Of a DNA stretch of 64,000 nucleotides, positions 24,226-34,800 are shown piece by piece. The stretch is from an uncultured Pontibacter sp. (lineage in GTDB: Bacteria; Bacteroidota; Bacteroidia; Cytophagales; Hymenobacteraceae): NCBI GenBank assembly GCA_947499125.1, contig CANMMP010000006.1:114668-178667 (forward strand). Direction: 5' to 3'. A program made the position numbers and the translations under genes. Numbering within the stretch: position 1 is the stretch's first letter; each line of letters opens with the position of its first letter. The notes beneath the pieces are model-generated. The model did not search any database and was not told the DNA's origin. It was given only the letters and a program-made list of their open reading frames with translations.

Positions 24226-26769
24226 ATGAATCAACGGTTTCTGAGCATAGTTGGCCTGGCAACGACAATGGCTCTTGCAGGCGGCTGTGCCGCGAACAAA
24301 CAAGCTACCCAAGCTCAAAAAAAGAATAATACTACTTCCGAATTAACGACAGGGCAAACAGCTGTGCCGGTCTGGGCGCCAAAGCAGCACGATTTTAACC
24401 CGTCACGTACCCGCGAACACGACCTGTTGCACACCACACTGCGCGTTAGCTTCGACTGGCAGAAGCAATACCTGCATGGTATAGCCGAGCTTACGCTTAA
24501 ACCATACTTTTATCCGCAAAATAAGTTGGTGCTCGATGCCAAGGGCTTTGATATACATGCGGTACACCTGCTGAAAGGCATTGACGGAACACCGTTGAAG
24601 TATGATTACAATGGCGAGAAACTGACAATAGACCTCGGCAAAGCTTATACCCGCAACGACAAGTATACCATCGAGATAAACTATACTGCCAAGCCTAACG
24701 AACTTACCGTTGGTGGCTCTGATGCCATTGCACAGGACAAAGGTTTATACTTTATCAACCCATTAGGGGAAGAGCCAAACAAACCCCGCCAGATCTGGAC
24801 GCAGGGCGAGACGGAAGCAAGCTCAGCCTGGTTCCCAACTATAGATGCCCCGAACGAGCGCATGACCCAGGAGATCTATATCACGATCGATAAGGACTTT
24901 ACAACACTCTCGAATGGCACCTTTATGTATTCGCGACAGAATGCAGATGGTACTAAAACCGACTACTGGAAACAGGAATTACCCCATGCACCCTACCTGG
25001 CCATGATGGCTATAGGCAAATTTGCGGTTGTTAAAGATAAGTGGCGCAACCTGGATGTCGACTATTATGTGGAGCCGGAGTATAGGAACACAGCTAAAAA
25101 GATATTTGGCAATACGCCCGAAATGATGGAGTTCTTCTCTAAAAAGCTGGGGGTAGATTTTCCGTGGGCAAAGTATTCGCAGGTAGTTGTAAGAGATTTT
25201 GTGTCGGGAGCTATGGAAAACACATCCGCTTCCACGTTTATGGAGGACCTGCAGCTAAACGAGCGCGAACTACTTGATAAGCATTGGGATGGTATTATAG
25301 CACATGAGCTTTTCCACCAGTGGTTTGGAGATTATGTAACAACCGAATCGTGGGCTAACCTGCCACTGAACGAAGCTTTCGCCAACTATAGCGAGTACAT
25401 CTGGGCAGAACATAAGTATGGCTCTAAAGAGGCTGCTTACCTGCAACTCGATGAGATGGGCCAATATCTCGAAGAAGCTGAGACCAAGCGTGAGCCGCTT
25501 ATCCGTTACCGGTATGGTGATAAAGAAGATATGTTCGATAGCCACTCCTATGCAAAAGGTGGTCGAATACTGCACATGCTGCGCAAGCTGGTCGGCGACG
25601 ACGCATTTTACGCATCCCTTAACCTTTACCTTACCAAAAATAAACTATCAGATGTCGAAGTAGCAGAGCTACGCATGGCTTTTGAGGAAGTGACTGGTCA
25701 GGACCTGATGTGGTTCTTCGATCAATGGTTCATGAAGCCTGGTCACCCTGAGTTGCAAGTGAACCATAATTTCCAGAACGGACAGCTAAGCCTGAATGTA
25801 AAGCAGCTACAGGATACCACCTATATGCCGGTGTATAAACTGCCGATAAAAGTGTCGGTTTGGGTAAATAATGTACGAACTGATTATCCTGTTGAGATCA
25901 CAAAAGCAGATCAGACATTTACTTTACCGGTAAGTGCTCAGCCACAGTTAGTGCTATTCGATGGCGAGCAGCAACTATTAGCTGTTATAGATCATCAGAA
26001 ATCAGAAGAAGAGTTACGTCACCAGTTTTATAACAGCAATAGCGTGCTGGCGGAGTTTAACGCCCTTACGACCCTTGCTGAAAACCCTGGTAAAGAGACT
26101 AAGCTGTTACTGGATGCGCTTAACAATGATTTCTGGTTTATAAGAAGTACCGCCTTAAATGCACTGGCAGATGTTAAACCGGAAAACAGCGCAGCTTTAG
26201 TGTCAAAGGTGGAACAGATCGCGAAGCAGGATAAAAAAGGATCGGTACGCGCCGATGCTATACTTCTGTTATCTGGCTGGGGCGGAGAAAAGTATAGCAA
26301 AGTATACGAAACAGCAATGAATGATAGCTCATATCAGGTAGCTGCTGCAGGCATACTGGCTTATGCTAATACAGAGTCACCAGACAAGGAACAAAAGCTA
26401 AGTAGATTCGAGAAAGAGAGCAACGAAGAAATAGTGATCGCGCTATCTTCTTATTATGCACTGCAGGCAGGCCCTGAAAAGTATGACTGGTTTGTAAAGA
26501 GAATAAATGAAAGCAATGGAGGTAAAAAGTATTACTTGCTTCAAAGCTTCAGCGCCTTTCTGGCTACAAATAGCAGCACCAACACTCCCGAAACTATAAA
26601 CATGCTGGCGGATATAGCCAGAGACAATAGCCTATACTTTGTAAGAATGGCGGCGTTTCAAGCCTTAATGGTGATGTCGGACAAGCCTGAAGTAAAAGAA
26701 TTATTAAAAGAAATCAGGTCTCAGGAAAAAGATAAACGCTTGATTGATATGTATAACCGAGTTTTATAG
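24226..26769 (+). CDS. M1-family zinc aminopeptidase (aminopeptidase N-like) lipoprotein
   Basis: GAMEN motif (SGAMENTS) and HELFHQWFGD...E zinc site. I preferred the ATG at 24226 (MNQRFLSIVGLATTMALAGGC, lipobox) over the TTG at 24199. Confidence 0.9.
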   Translation: MNQRFLSIVGLATTMALAGGCAANKQATQAQKKNNTTSELTTGQTAVPVWAPKQHDFNPSRTREHDLLHTTLRVSFDWQKQYLHGIAELTLKPYFYPQNKLVLDAKGFDIHAVHLLKGIDGTPLKYDYNGEKLTIDLGKAYTRNDKYTIEINYTAKPNELTVGGSDAIAQDKGLYFINPLGEEPNKPRQIWTQGETEASSAWFPTIDAPNERMTQEIYITIDKDFTTLSNGTFMYSRQNADGTKTDYWKQELPHAPYLAMMAIGKFAVVKDKWRNLDVDYYVEPEYRNTAKKIFGNTPEMMEFFSKKLGVDFPWAKYSQVVVRDFVSGAMENTSASTFMEDLQLNERELLDKHWDGIIAHELFHQWFGDYVTTESWANLPLNEAFANYSEYIWAEHKYGSKEAAYLQLDEMGQYLEEAETKREPLIRYRYGDKEDMFDSHSYAKGGRILHMLRKLVGDDAFYASLNLYLTKNKLSDVEVAELRMAFEEVTGQDLMWFFDQWFMKPGHPELQVNHNFQNGQLSLNVKQLQDTTYMPVYKLPIKVSVWVNNVRTDYPVEITKADQTFTLPVSAQPQLVLFDGEQQLLAVIDHQKSEEELRHQFYNSNSVLAEFNALTTLAENPGKETKLLLDALNNDFWFIRSTALNALADVKPENSAALVSKVEQIAKQDKKGSVRADAILLLSGWGGEKYSKVYETAMNDSSYQVAAAGILAYANTESPDKEQKLSRFEKESNEEIVIALSSYYALQAGPEKYDWFVKRINESNGGKKYYLLQSFSAFLATNSSTNTPETINMLADIARDNSLYFVRMAAFQALMVMSDKPEVKELLKEIRSQEKDKRLIDMYNRVL

Positions 26770-26812
26770 ACGGGCGAAGAATAAAAAAAACGAATATTTT
26801 TCAAGGGAATAT

Positions 26813-26842
26813 TTGACTTGAATTAAAAAGCGCTTAATTTTG
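26813..26842 (+). promoter_or_regulatory. Bacteroidota-type promoter of the tRNA-tuf unit
   Basis: TTG (26813-26815), a 19-nt spacer, TAATTTTG (26835-26842). Confidence 0.5.
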
Positions 26843-26912
26843 CATCTCCTTAGAACGAAAAGCGCATCTGGCGCGGAGTTTTAAAGGGATAGCTGATGTG
26901 AAATTAGCGTTT

Positions 26913-26996
26913 GGGGAGATTCCAGAGCGGCCAAATGGGACGGACTGTAACTCCGTTGTTGTAATGACTTCGCAGGTTCGAATCCTGCTCTCCCCA
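26913..26996 (+). tRNA. tRNA-Tyr (GTA), long variable arm, no encoded CCA
   Basis: Manual cloverleaf: acceptor GGGGAGA/TCTCCCC, anticodon stem ACGGA/TCCGT, loop CTGTAAC, T arm GCAGG-TTCGAAT-CCTGC. Confidence 0.93.
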
Positions 26997-27084
26997 CATA
27001 TTGAATTGAGAATAATTGAATGAGTGAATAAGATTTACAGGTTGTTCACTCATTCGAGGTTTCTGAATTCAGGATTTAATAAAA

Positions 27085-27157
27085 GCGGGAGTAGCTCAGT
27101 TGGTAGAGCGATAGCCTTCCAAGCTATAGGCCGCGAGTTCGACCCTCGTCTCCCGCT
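27085..27157 (+). tRNA. tRNA-Gly (TCC)
   Basis: Acceptor GCGGGAG/CTCCCGC, D arm GCTC-AGTTGGTA-GAGC, anticodon loop CTTCCAA, T arm GCGAG-TTCGACC-CTCGT. Confidence 0.93.
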
Positions 27158-27253
27158 CAGTTGAGCAGATTTAAATCTTAAAGGTTTTTACAGGAAGGAA
27201 TTTCATGTACATGGATTTCCTTTTTAGTATAAGCAAAGGTTTAGAAATTAAAA

Positions 27254-27325
27254 GCCGACGTAGCTCAGGGGTAGAGTACTTCCTTGGTAAGGAAGGGGTC
27301 GTGGGTTCAATTCCCATCGTTGGCT
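27254..27325 (+). tRNA. tRNA-Thr (GGT)
   Basis: Acceptor GCCGACG/CGTTGGC, anticodon stem CTTCC/GGAAG, loop TTGGTAA, T arm GTGGG-TTCAATT-CCCAT. Confidence 0.93.
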
Positions 27326-27394
27326 CTAAGTCTGTTCGTGTTAAAAGAACACAACTTAAACTTAAACGTTTTAACCTTAATTTAATATCATACA

Positions 27395-28582
27395 ATGGCT
27401 AAAGAAACATTTGACCGCTCCAAACCGCACGTAAACATCGGTACAATCGGTCACGTTGACCACGGCAAAACAACTTTGACTGCTGCCATTACTACAGTAT
27501 TGGCTAAGAAAGGTCTTGCTCAGCTACGCGACTTCTCTTCAATTGATAACGCTCCTGAAGAAAAAGAAAGAGGTATTACTATCAATACATCTCACGTAGA
27601 ATACGCAACAGAAAACCGTCACTATGCTCACGTTGACTGCCCAGGTCACGCTGACTACGTGAAGAACATGGTTACTGGTGCTGCTCAGATGGACGGCGCT
27701 ATCCTTGTGGTTGCTGCAACTGACGGTCCTATGCCACAAACTCGTGAGCACATCCTTCTTGCTCGTCAGGTAGGTGTTCCTCAGCTTGTTGTGTTCATGA
27801 ACAAAGTGGACATGGTAGACGATCCGGAGCTTCTTGAGCTTGTTGAAATGGAGATCCGTGAGCTTCTTTCTTTCTACGACTTTGATGGCGATAACATTCC
27901 AGTAATTCAGGGTTCAGCTCTTGGTGGCTTGAACGGTGATGAGAAGTGGGTGAAAACTATCGAGGAGTTAATGGAAGCTGTTGATAGCTTTATTCCAATT
28001 CCAGCTCGTTTAACTGATCTTCCATTCTTGATGCCAGTTGAGGACGTGTTCTCGATCACTGGTCGTGGTACAGTTGCTACTGGTCGTATCGAGCGTGGTG
28101 TAATCAACTCTGGTGAGCAGGTTGACATCTTAGGTATGGGTGCTGAGAACTTAAAGTCTACAGTTACTGGTGTTGAGATGTTCCGTAAGATCCTTGACAG
28201 AGGTGAAGCTGGTGACAACGTAGGTCTACTTCTTCGTGGTATAGAGAAATCTGATATCCGTCGTGGTATGGTTATCTGTAAGCCAGGTTCTGTGAAGCCG
28301 CATACGCACTTCAAAGCAGAGGTTTACGTTCTTTCAAAAGAAGAAGGTGGTCGTCACACGCCATTCTTTAACAAATACCGTCCTCAGTTCTACTTCAGAA
28401 CTACAGACGTAACTGGCGAGATCATCCTTCCAGAAGGAGTAGAGATGGTAATGCCAGGTGATAACATCACTATCGAAGTGAAGCTTATCAACGCAGTAGC
28501 TATGGAGAAAGGTCTACGTTTCGCTATCCGTGAGGGTGGTAGAACAGTAGGTGCCGGTCAGGTAACTGAGATCCTAGACTAA
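27395..28582 (+). CDS. tuf: Elongation factor Tu
   Basis: 395 aa with [18 protein letters not shown] and NKVD. It sits in the classical tRNA-Thr/Tyr/Gly...tuf context. Confidence 0.99.
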   Translation: MAKETFDRSKPHVNIGTIGHVDHGKTTLTAAITTVLAKKGLAQLRDFSSIDNAPEEKERGITINTSHVEYATENRHYAHVDCPGHADYVKNMVTGAAQMDGAILVVAATDGPMPQTREHILLARQVGVPQLVVFMNKVDMVDDPELLELVEMEIRELLSFYDFDGDNIPVIQGSALGGLNGDEKWVKTIEELMEAVDSFIPIPARLTDLPFLMPVEDVFSITGRGTVATGRIERGVINSGEQVDILGMGAENLKSTVTGVEMFRKILDRGEAGDNVGLLLRGIEKSDIRRGMVICKPGSVKPHTHFKAEVYVLSKEEGGRHTPFFNKYRPQFYFRTTDVTGEIILPEGVEMVMPGDNITIEVKLINAVAMEKGLRFAIREGGRTVGAGQVTEILD

Positions 28583-28594
28583 TTATATAAAATC

Positions 28595-28636
28595 AGCCCG
28601 TTCCTGAGAATTAAATCGGGGACGGGTTTGTTTTTA
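28595..28636 (+). terminator. Terminator after tuf
   Basis: CCCGTTCC / GGGGACGGG stem followed by TTTGTTTTT. Confidence 0.65.
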
Positions 28637-28657
28637 CAAAACAATTAAATAAATTTG
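28628..28657 (+). promoter_or_regulatory. Bacteroidota-type promoter of tRNA-Trp-secE-nusG
   Basis: TTG (28628-28630), a 19-nt spacer, TAAATTTG (28650-28657). Confidence 0.5.
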
Positions 28658-28689
28658 CACTCCATTTCGATAATGAAGTGCATTTTTTT

Positions 28690-28762
28690 ACGGGTGTAGC
28701 TCAATTGGTAGAGTAGTGGTCTCCAAAACCATTGGCTGGGAGTTCGAGTCTCTCCACCCGTG
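28690..28762 (+). tRNA. tRNA-Trp (CCA)
   Basis: Acceptor ACGGGTG/CACCCGT, anticodon stem GTGGT/ACCAT, loop CTCCAAA, T arm GGGAG-TTCGAGT-CTCTC. Confidence 0.93.
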
Positions 28763-28791
28763 CAATTTTAAATACTCAGGCATTAAAACAA

Positions 28792-28983
28792 ATGAGCAAC
28801 ATTAAAGACTACATCAACGGAACGGTTGAGGAAATGAGAGACAGAGTCTCTTGGCCTTCGTTTAAAGAGTTGCAGAATAGCTCTGTACTTGTATTAATAG
28901 GTTCTTTAGTATTTGCTCTAGTTGTAGGTGCCATGGATTTTGTTTTCGACTCGGGCCTGACATGGTTCTATAACCAATTTTAA
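28792..28983 (+). CDS. secE: Preprotein translocase subunit SecE
   Basis: 63 aa with a single C-terminal TM segment, in the conserved position before nusG. I chose the ATG at 28792 because the track start (28732) lies inside tRNA-Trp. Confidence 0.85.
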   Translation: MSNIKDYINGTVEEMRDRVSWPSFKELQNSSVLVLIGSLVFALVVGAMDFVFDSGLTWFYNQF

Positions 28984-28986
28984 AAT

Positions 28987-29550
28987 ATGGCTATGGCTGA
29001 TTTAAAATGGTATGTAGTGCGTGCCGTTAGTGGGCAGGAGAAAAAAGCAAAAGCATATCTTGAAAACGAGATAGTACGACATAATCTGACAGAGTTTGTA
29101 CCTCAAGTACTTATACCAGCTGAAAAGGTGTATGAGATGCGTGGAGGTAAAAAAAGGATCAGAGAAAGAAACTTCTTTCCGGGTTATGTATTAGTAAATG
29201 CAGACTTGAGTCACGGCGAAGCGGAACACCTGATAGTTAGTACACCAGGTGTAATTGGCTTCCTGGGATCAGGAACAGGGGATGCAAGCAAAAAGCCGGT
29301 TCCATTGCGTCAGTCAGAGATAAACAGGATACTGGGTAACGTTGACGAAGCAGAAGAGCAGGCAGAAGTATTGGATACGCCATTTATAGTTGGTGAAACT
29401 GTAAAAGTTATGGACGGTCCATTCAGTGGCTTCTCTGGAACTGTAGAAGAAGTGTTTGAAGAGCGTAAGAAGCTTAACGTAATGGTGAAGATCTTTGGAA
29501 GAAATACACCGGTTGAGCTGAATTACATGCAGGTAGAAAAAGAATCGTAG
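28987..29550 (+). CDS. nusG: Transcription termination/antitermination factor NusG
   Basis: NGN domain (KWYVVRAVSGQEKK) and KOW domain (GETVKVMDGPFSGFSGTVEEV). Confidence 0.95.
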   Translation: MAMADLKWYVVRAVSGQEKKAKAYLENEIVRHNLTEFVPQVLIPAEKVYEMRGGKKRIRERNFFPGYVLVNADLSHGEAEHLIVSTPGVIGFLGSGTGDASKKPVPLRQSEINRILGNVDEAEEQAEVLDTPFIVGETVKVMDGPFSGFSGTVEEVFEERKKLNVMVKIFGRNTPVELNYMQVEKES

Positions 29551-29560
29551 TAAATAAATA

Positions 29561-30004
29561 ATGGCAAAGGAAATAAAAGGTTATCTGAAACTTCAGATAA
29601 AGGGAGGTGCCGCGAATCCATCGCCACCGGTTGGACCTGCACTTGGTTCTAAAGGTCTTAATATCATGGAGTTCTGTAAGCAGTTCAATGCTAGAACTCA
29701 GGATAAGCCTGGACAGGTGTTACCAGTATTGATTACAATCTACGCAGATAAGTCTTTTGACTTCGTTGTTAAAACGCCACCTGCTCCGGTATTGTTAATG
29801 GATGCTGCTAAAATTAAGGGAGGTTCAAAAGAGCCAAACCGTAACAAAGTAGGTTCAGTTACCTGGGATCAGGTTAAGGAGATCGCAGAATTGAAGATGC
29901 CTGATCTTAACGCTTTCAAGCTGGAAGCTGCTATGAAAATGGTAGCTGGTACAGCAAGAAGCATGGGTATCACAGTATCTGGTACAGCTCCGTGGAAAGA
30001 ATAA
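29561..30004 (+). CDS. rplK: 50S ribosomal protein L11
   Basis: [22 protein letters not shown]; operon position. Confidence 0.97.
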   Translation: MAKEIKGYLKLQIKGGAANPSPPVGPALGSKGLNIMEFCKQFNARTQDKPGQVLPVLITIYADKSFDFVVKTPPAPVLLMDAAKIKGGSKEPNRNKVGSVTWDQVKEIAELKMPDLNAFKLEAAMKMVAGTARSMGITVSGTAPWKE

Positions 30005-30020
30005 TAACAGTTAGAGGATA

Positions 30021-30713
30021 ATGGCGAAGATATCAAAAAATAGGAAAGCAGCCTTAGAAAAGGCTGACCTAACAAAAGAGTATTCTTTGACAGATGCAGC
30101 CTCAGTTGTAAAAGACATAACTTTTACAAAGTTTGATGCTTCTGTTGATATAGATGTACGCTTAGGAGTAGACCCTCGCAAAGCCGACCAAATGGTACGT
30201 GGTATAGTTACCCTGCCTCACGGAACTGGTAAAGAGGTAAGAGTGCTGGCATTAGTAACTCCTGACAAAGAGCAGGAAGCGAAAGATGCAGGTGCTGACT
30301 TTGTTGGTCTGGATGATTATATCCAAAAGATCGAAAAAGGCTGGACAGATGTTGATGTGATCATCACTATGCCAGCTGTAATGGCGAAAGTTGGTCGTTT
30401 AGGTAGAGTATTAGGTCCTCGTAACCTGATGCCAAATCCGAAGTCAGGTACTGTAACGCAGGATGTAGCTAAAGCTGTTAAAGAAGTGAAAGCTGGTAAG
30501 ATCGACTTTAAAGTTGATAAAACCGGTATCATCCACACAAGCGTGGGTAAAGTATCTTTCACTCCGGAGCAGATCGCTGCGAACGCTGCAGAAGTAATCG
30601 CTACACTCAACCGTCTGAAGCCATCTTCAGCGAAGGGAACATATATCAAGAGCATAACATTGTCTAGCACAATGAGCCCGGCCGTAATTGTTGATAAGAA
30701 CGCAACTATCTAA
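30021..30713 (+). CDS. rplA: 50S ribosomal protein L1
   Basis: [23 protein letters not shown]; operon position. Confidence 0.97.
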   Translation: MAKISKNRKAALEKADLTKEYSLTDAASVVKDITFTKFDASVDIDVRLGVDPRKADQMVRGIVTLPHGTGKEVRVLALVTPDKEQEAKDAGADFVGLDDYIQKIEKGWTDVDVIITMPAVMAKVGRLGRVLGPRNLMPNPKSGTVTQDVAKAVKEVKAGKIDFKVDKTGIIHTSVGKVSFTPEQIAANAAEVIATLNRLKPSSAKGTYIKSITLSSTMSPAVIVDKNATI

Positions 30714-30718
30714 GAGAA

Positions 30719-31243
30719 ATGACCAGGGAAGAAAAAGAGATAATTGTACAAGACCTGAGCGAAAAGTTAGCTACCACTAACTATTTCTATATCACTGATG
30801 CTTCTACTATGACAGTTGCCAGCATCAACCAATTCAGGAGAATGGCTTTCGATAGAGGGCTGGAATACAAAGTTTATAAGAACACTTTAATAAAGAAAGC
30901 ATTAGATACATTAGAGGCTGACACTACTGCGCTGGAAGGCGTGCTAAAAGGTGCTTCTGGTATTTTGTTTTCTACTGAGTCAGGTAATGCACCTGCAAAG
31001 CTTATTAAAGACTTTAGGAAAAAAGGTCACACGCTTCCACTTTTAAAGGGTGCCTTTATTGATAGCGGTATTTATGTTGGTGAGAACCAGCTTGATACGT
31101 TAACAACAATCAAGTCTAAAGCTGAGCTTATTGCAGATGTTATTGCATTGCTTCAGTCTCCAGCTAAAAATGTTATCTCTGGCCTACAGGGTGGCGGTAA
31201 CAAACTAGCCGGAATTCTTAAAACTCTATCTGAAAAAGAATAA
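30719..31243 (+). CDS. rplJ: 50S ribosomal protein L10
   Basis: 174 aa, located between rplA and rplL. Confidence 0.93.
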   Translation: MTREEKEIIVQDLSEKLATTNYFYITDASTMTVASINQFRRMAFDRGLEYKVYKNTLIKKALDTLEADTTALEGVLKGASGILFSTESGNAPAKLIKDFRKKGHTLPLLKGAFIDSGIYVGENQLDTLTTIKSKAELIADVIALLQSPAKNVISGLQGGGNKLAGILKTLSEKE

Positions 31244-31287
31244 TTTTTAAAAACGTAATCAATAAGTAACTTTTAATTTCAATAAAA

Positions 31288-31668
31288 ATGGCAGATTTAA
31301 AAGCATTCGCTGAGCAGTTAGTAAACTTAACTGTGAAAGAAGTTAACGAACTAGCTACAATCCTGAAGGACGAATACGGTATCGAGCCAGCTGCTGCTGC
31401 TCCAGTAATGATGGCCGGTGGTGGTGCTGCTGAAGGCGGAGCTGCTGCAGAAGAAAAAACTTCTTTTGACGTAATTCTTAAGTCAGCAGGTGCATCTAAA
31501 CTAGCAGTTGTTAAACTTGTTAAAGAACTTACAGGTCTTGGCCTGAAAGAAGCTAAAGAAGTTGTAGACAGCGCTCCTAAAGCTCTGAAAGAAGGCGTAG
31601 CGAAAGACGAAGCTGAATCTCTGAAAAAGTCTTTGGAAGAAGCTGGTGCTGAAGTAGAGATTAAGTAA
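31288..31668 (+). CDS. rplL: 50S ribosomal protein L7/L12
   Basis: Ala-rich hinge plus [16 protein letters not shown]. Confidence 0.97.
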   Translation: MADLKAFAEQLVNLTVKEVNELATILKDEYGIEPAAAAPVMMAGGGAAEGGAAAEEKTSFDVILKSAGASKLAVVKLVKELTGLGLKEAKEVVDSAPKALKEGVAKDEAESLKKSLEEAGAEVEIK

Positions 31669-31692
31669 TCTCACTTTACCAACATATCGAGA

Positions 31693-31733
31693 ACAGGTAG
31701 ACCTGGCGTTTTAGTCAGGTCTTTTCCTGTTTG
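31693..31733 (+). terminator. Hairpin (partial terminator/attenuator) between rplL and rpoB
   Basis: Two-tier stem ACAGG.AGACCTG / CAGGTCT...CCTGT followed by a weak TTTG. Confidence 0.5.
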
Positions 31734-31825
31734 TATACGGATTCATAATTGAATCCTTTTTTGCCCACAGCTGTTTTTGGCATCGGGAGCTAAAAACTTA
31801 TTGTTAACGTTAAATTTCCAAGGCT

Positions 31826-34800
31826 TTGGCTAAAAATAAAACAATAGAGAGAATCAATTTCGCTTCGATCAAGAAGGTAATTGATTATCCTGATTTTCTA
31901 GATGTTCAACTGCAGTCTTTCCAAGACTTTTTCCAATTGGAGACTGCTGCTGAAAATAGAGCTCAGGAAGGATTGTTCAAAGTTTTCGCGGAAAACTTTC
32001 CAATCTCTGATTCTCGTGAAAACTTCGTTCTGGAGTTCATCGATTATCACGTAGATCCGCCAAAATATTCGGTAGATGAAAGTATAGACCGAGGTCTTAC
32101 TTATTCTGTTCCACTTAAGGCGAAGCTACGTCTTATCTGTAACGATGAGGATAATGAAGACTTTGAAACGATAGAGCAGGAAGTGTTCCTCGGTAATATT
32201 CCATATATGACCGAGAAAGGCTCATTTGTAATAAATGGTGCTGAACGTGTGATCGTTTCTCAGTTACACAGATCTCCGGGTGTTTTCTTTGCGCAAAGCA
32301 AGCATACAAACGGTACTAAATTATATTCTGCCAGAATTATTCCATTTAAAGGTTCTTGGGTTGAATTTGCTACGGACGTTAATAACGTCATGTATGCTTA
32401 TATCGACCGTAAGAAGAAGTTTCCGGTAACGACACTACTTCGTGCCATCGGTTACGGAACAGATAAGGATATTCTGGACTTGTTTGGTTTATCAGAAGAA
32501 ATTCCGGCAAACAAGACAAATCTGAAGAACGCAGTAGGCAGAAAACTGGCTGCAAGAGTTCTTAAGACATGGACAGAAGACTTTGTTGATGAAGATACAG
32601 GCGAAGTTGTTTCTATAGATCGTAATGAAGTTCTTTTAGAGCGTGACTCTGAAATTACCCAGGATGATATTGAAACTATACTTGAGTCTGGTAACAAGTC
32701 TATAGTTCTGCATCGTGAGAATGTAAACATTGCAGATTATGCAATTATTTACAACACCTTACAGAAAGACAACTCAAACTCTGAGCAAGAGGCAGTAGAG
32801 CAGATTTATCGTCAGCTTAGAAACACTGAAGCACCAGATGTTGAAACAGCGCGTGATATTATTCAGAAGCTTTTCTTCTCTGATAAGCGTTATGACCTTG
32901 GTGAAGTTGGTCGTTATAGAATCAACAAGAAACTAGGTATAGATACGCATTGGGATGCGAAGGTATTGACAAACGATGATATCGTTTTGATTGTGAAGTA
33001 CCTGATCGGCCTGATAAACTCTAAAGCTGTAGTGGATGATATTGACCACTTAAGTAACCGCCGTGTAAGAACGGTAGGTGAACAGCTTTATGCACAGTTT
33101 GGTGTAGGTCTGGCACGTATGGCCAGAACTATAAAAGAACGTATGAACGTTCGTGATAACGAAGATTTCAAACCTGTTGATCTGATCAACGCGCGTACGC
33201 TGTCTTCAGTTATCAACTCGTTCTTCGGTACAAACCAGCTATCTCAGTTCATGGACCAGACGAACCCGCTGGCAGAAGTGACGCACAAACGTCGTGTATC
33301 TGCACTGGGGCCAGGTGGTCTATCAAGAGAGCGTGCCGGTTTCGAAGTGCGTGACGTTCACTATACGCACTACGGTCGTCTTTGTACAATCGAGACACCA
33401 GAAGGCCCGAACATTGGTCTTATCTCTTCACTTTGCGTGCATGCTCGTGTTAACCACATGGGCTTTATCGAGACTCCTTATCGTAAGGTAGTTAATGGTA
33501 TAGTAAACGTAGCTGGTGAAGTTGAGTACCTTACTGCTGAAGAGGAAGATACCCACCACATTGCTCAGGCGAATGCTGTGATTGATGAGAAAGGTAACTT
33601 CATTAACGATAGAGTAAAAGGTAGATTTGAAGGTGACTTCCCGGTTGAAGAGCCAGCAACTTATACTTATATGGACATTGCGCCAAACCAGATCGTTTCT
33701 GTTGCGGCGTCTATGATTCCTTTCCTTGAGCATGATGATGCTAACCGTGCCCTGATGGGTTCGAACATGCAGCGCCAGGCGGTTCCACTGTTAAAGCCAC
33801 AGGCTCCGATAGTTGGTACAGGTCTGGAAGGCAGAGCGGCTATCGACTCAAGAGCTTTAGTTATAGCTGAAGGTGATGGTGTTATTGACTTTGTAGATGC
33901 TAATAAGATCGTAGTTAAGTATGATCTTACAGATGAAGAGAAGCTAGTTTCTTTTGATGCAGAGTTTGTAACCTATAACCTGATCAAATTCCGCAGAACT
34001 AACCAGGATACATGCATCAACCTTACTCCATTAGTGAGAACTGGTCAGCGTGTTACTAAAGGTCAGCCACTGTGCGAAGGATATGCTACTAACGATGGTG
34101 AACTTGCACTAGGTCGTAACCTGCAGGTTGCGTTCATGCCTTGGCAAGGTTATAACTTCGAGGATGCTATCGTAATATCTGAAAGAGTAGTACGCGATGA
34201 CGTATTTACTTCTATTCACATTGAAGAGTTTGAGCTGGAAGTTCGCGAAACGAAACGTGGTGAGGAGGAATTAACTTCTGAGATACCAAACGTAAGCGAA
34301 GAAGCAGTTCGTAACCTGGATGAGAATGGTATCATCAGAATTGGTGCTGAAGTTAAAGAAGGCGACATCCTGATAGGTAAGATCACTCCAAAAGGTGAAA
34401 CGGATCCGACTCCTGAAGAAAAACTTCTTCGTGCCATCTTCGGTGATAAAGCCGGTGATGTGAAGGATGCATCACTTAAAGCGCCGCCATCACTGAACGG
34501 TGTTGTAATAGAAACTAAGTTATTCTCACGTCCTAAAAAGGATAAAAACCTTAGAGCAAAATCTAAGAAAGAAGTAGAAGAACTAAAAGTTAAATACTCA
34601 AAAGACCTGATCGCCATTAAAAATGTAATGGTTGATAAATTGGTAAACTTACTGGAAGGTAAAACTACCCAAGGCATCAAGCACAAATTTGGTGATGAGA
34701 TCTTAACGAAAGGTTCGAAGTTTAGCAGAAAGAACATCGTAGAAGCTTTATTCCCTGAGAAGAATCCTTACAAGGATGAGAGCAACTATGCAGTTCCGGA

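Noticed and set aside
26913-27325. A genomic island or integrated element next to the tRNA cluster.
   Set aside because: The tRNAs are followed directly by tuf in the universally conserved arrangement. There is no integrase, no direct repeat of a tRNA 3' end and no compositional break.
28732-28791. N-terminal extensions proposed by the ORF track. These are secE from 28732, carA from 58403, rpoA from 56745, rpmC from 48251, rpmD from 52267, rplD from 44662, rpsK from 55739, the peptidase from 24199, GT4 from 19444, the methyltransferase from 11991, DUF4397 from 11985 and ahcY from 12909.
   Set aside because: The extensions run through a tRNA, a terminator hairpin or the preceding gene, or they add non-conserved residues ahead of a canonical N-terminus or signal peptide. 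I chose internal ATG starts instead.
30714-30718. Classical L10 (rplJ) and L1 (rplKA) leader regulatory RNAs.
   Set aside because: The nusG-rplK (10 nt), rplK-rplA (16 nt) and rplA-rplJ (5 nt) junctions are too short to hold the known leader structures. If feedback regulation exists here, it must use other sites.
34216-34737. Long antisense ORFs inside conserved genes: 34216-34737 (rpoB), 38933-39388 and 39431-39847 (rpoC), 27907-28314 (tuf), 59590-60147 (eno), 61375-61824 and 62259-62660 (hscA-like), 8504-9073 (GT39), 30317-30670 (rplA).
   Set aside because: Each lies opposite a full-length, highly conserved protein gene and has a compositionally odd, low-complexity translation (S/R/L-rich). 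These are typical shadow ORFs with no independent support.
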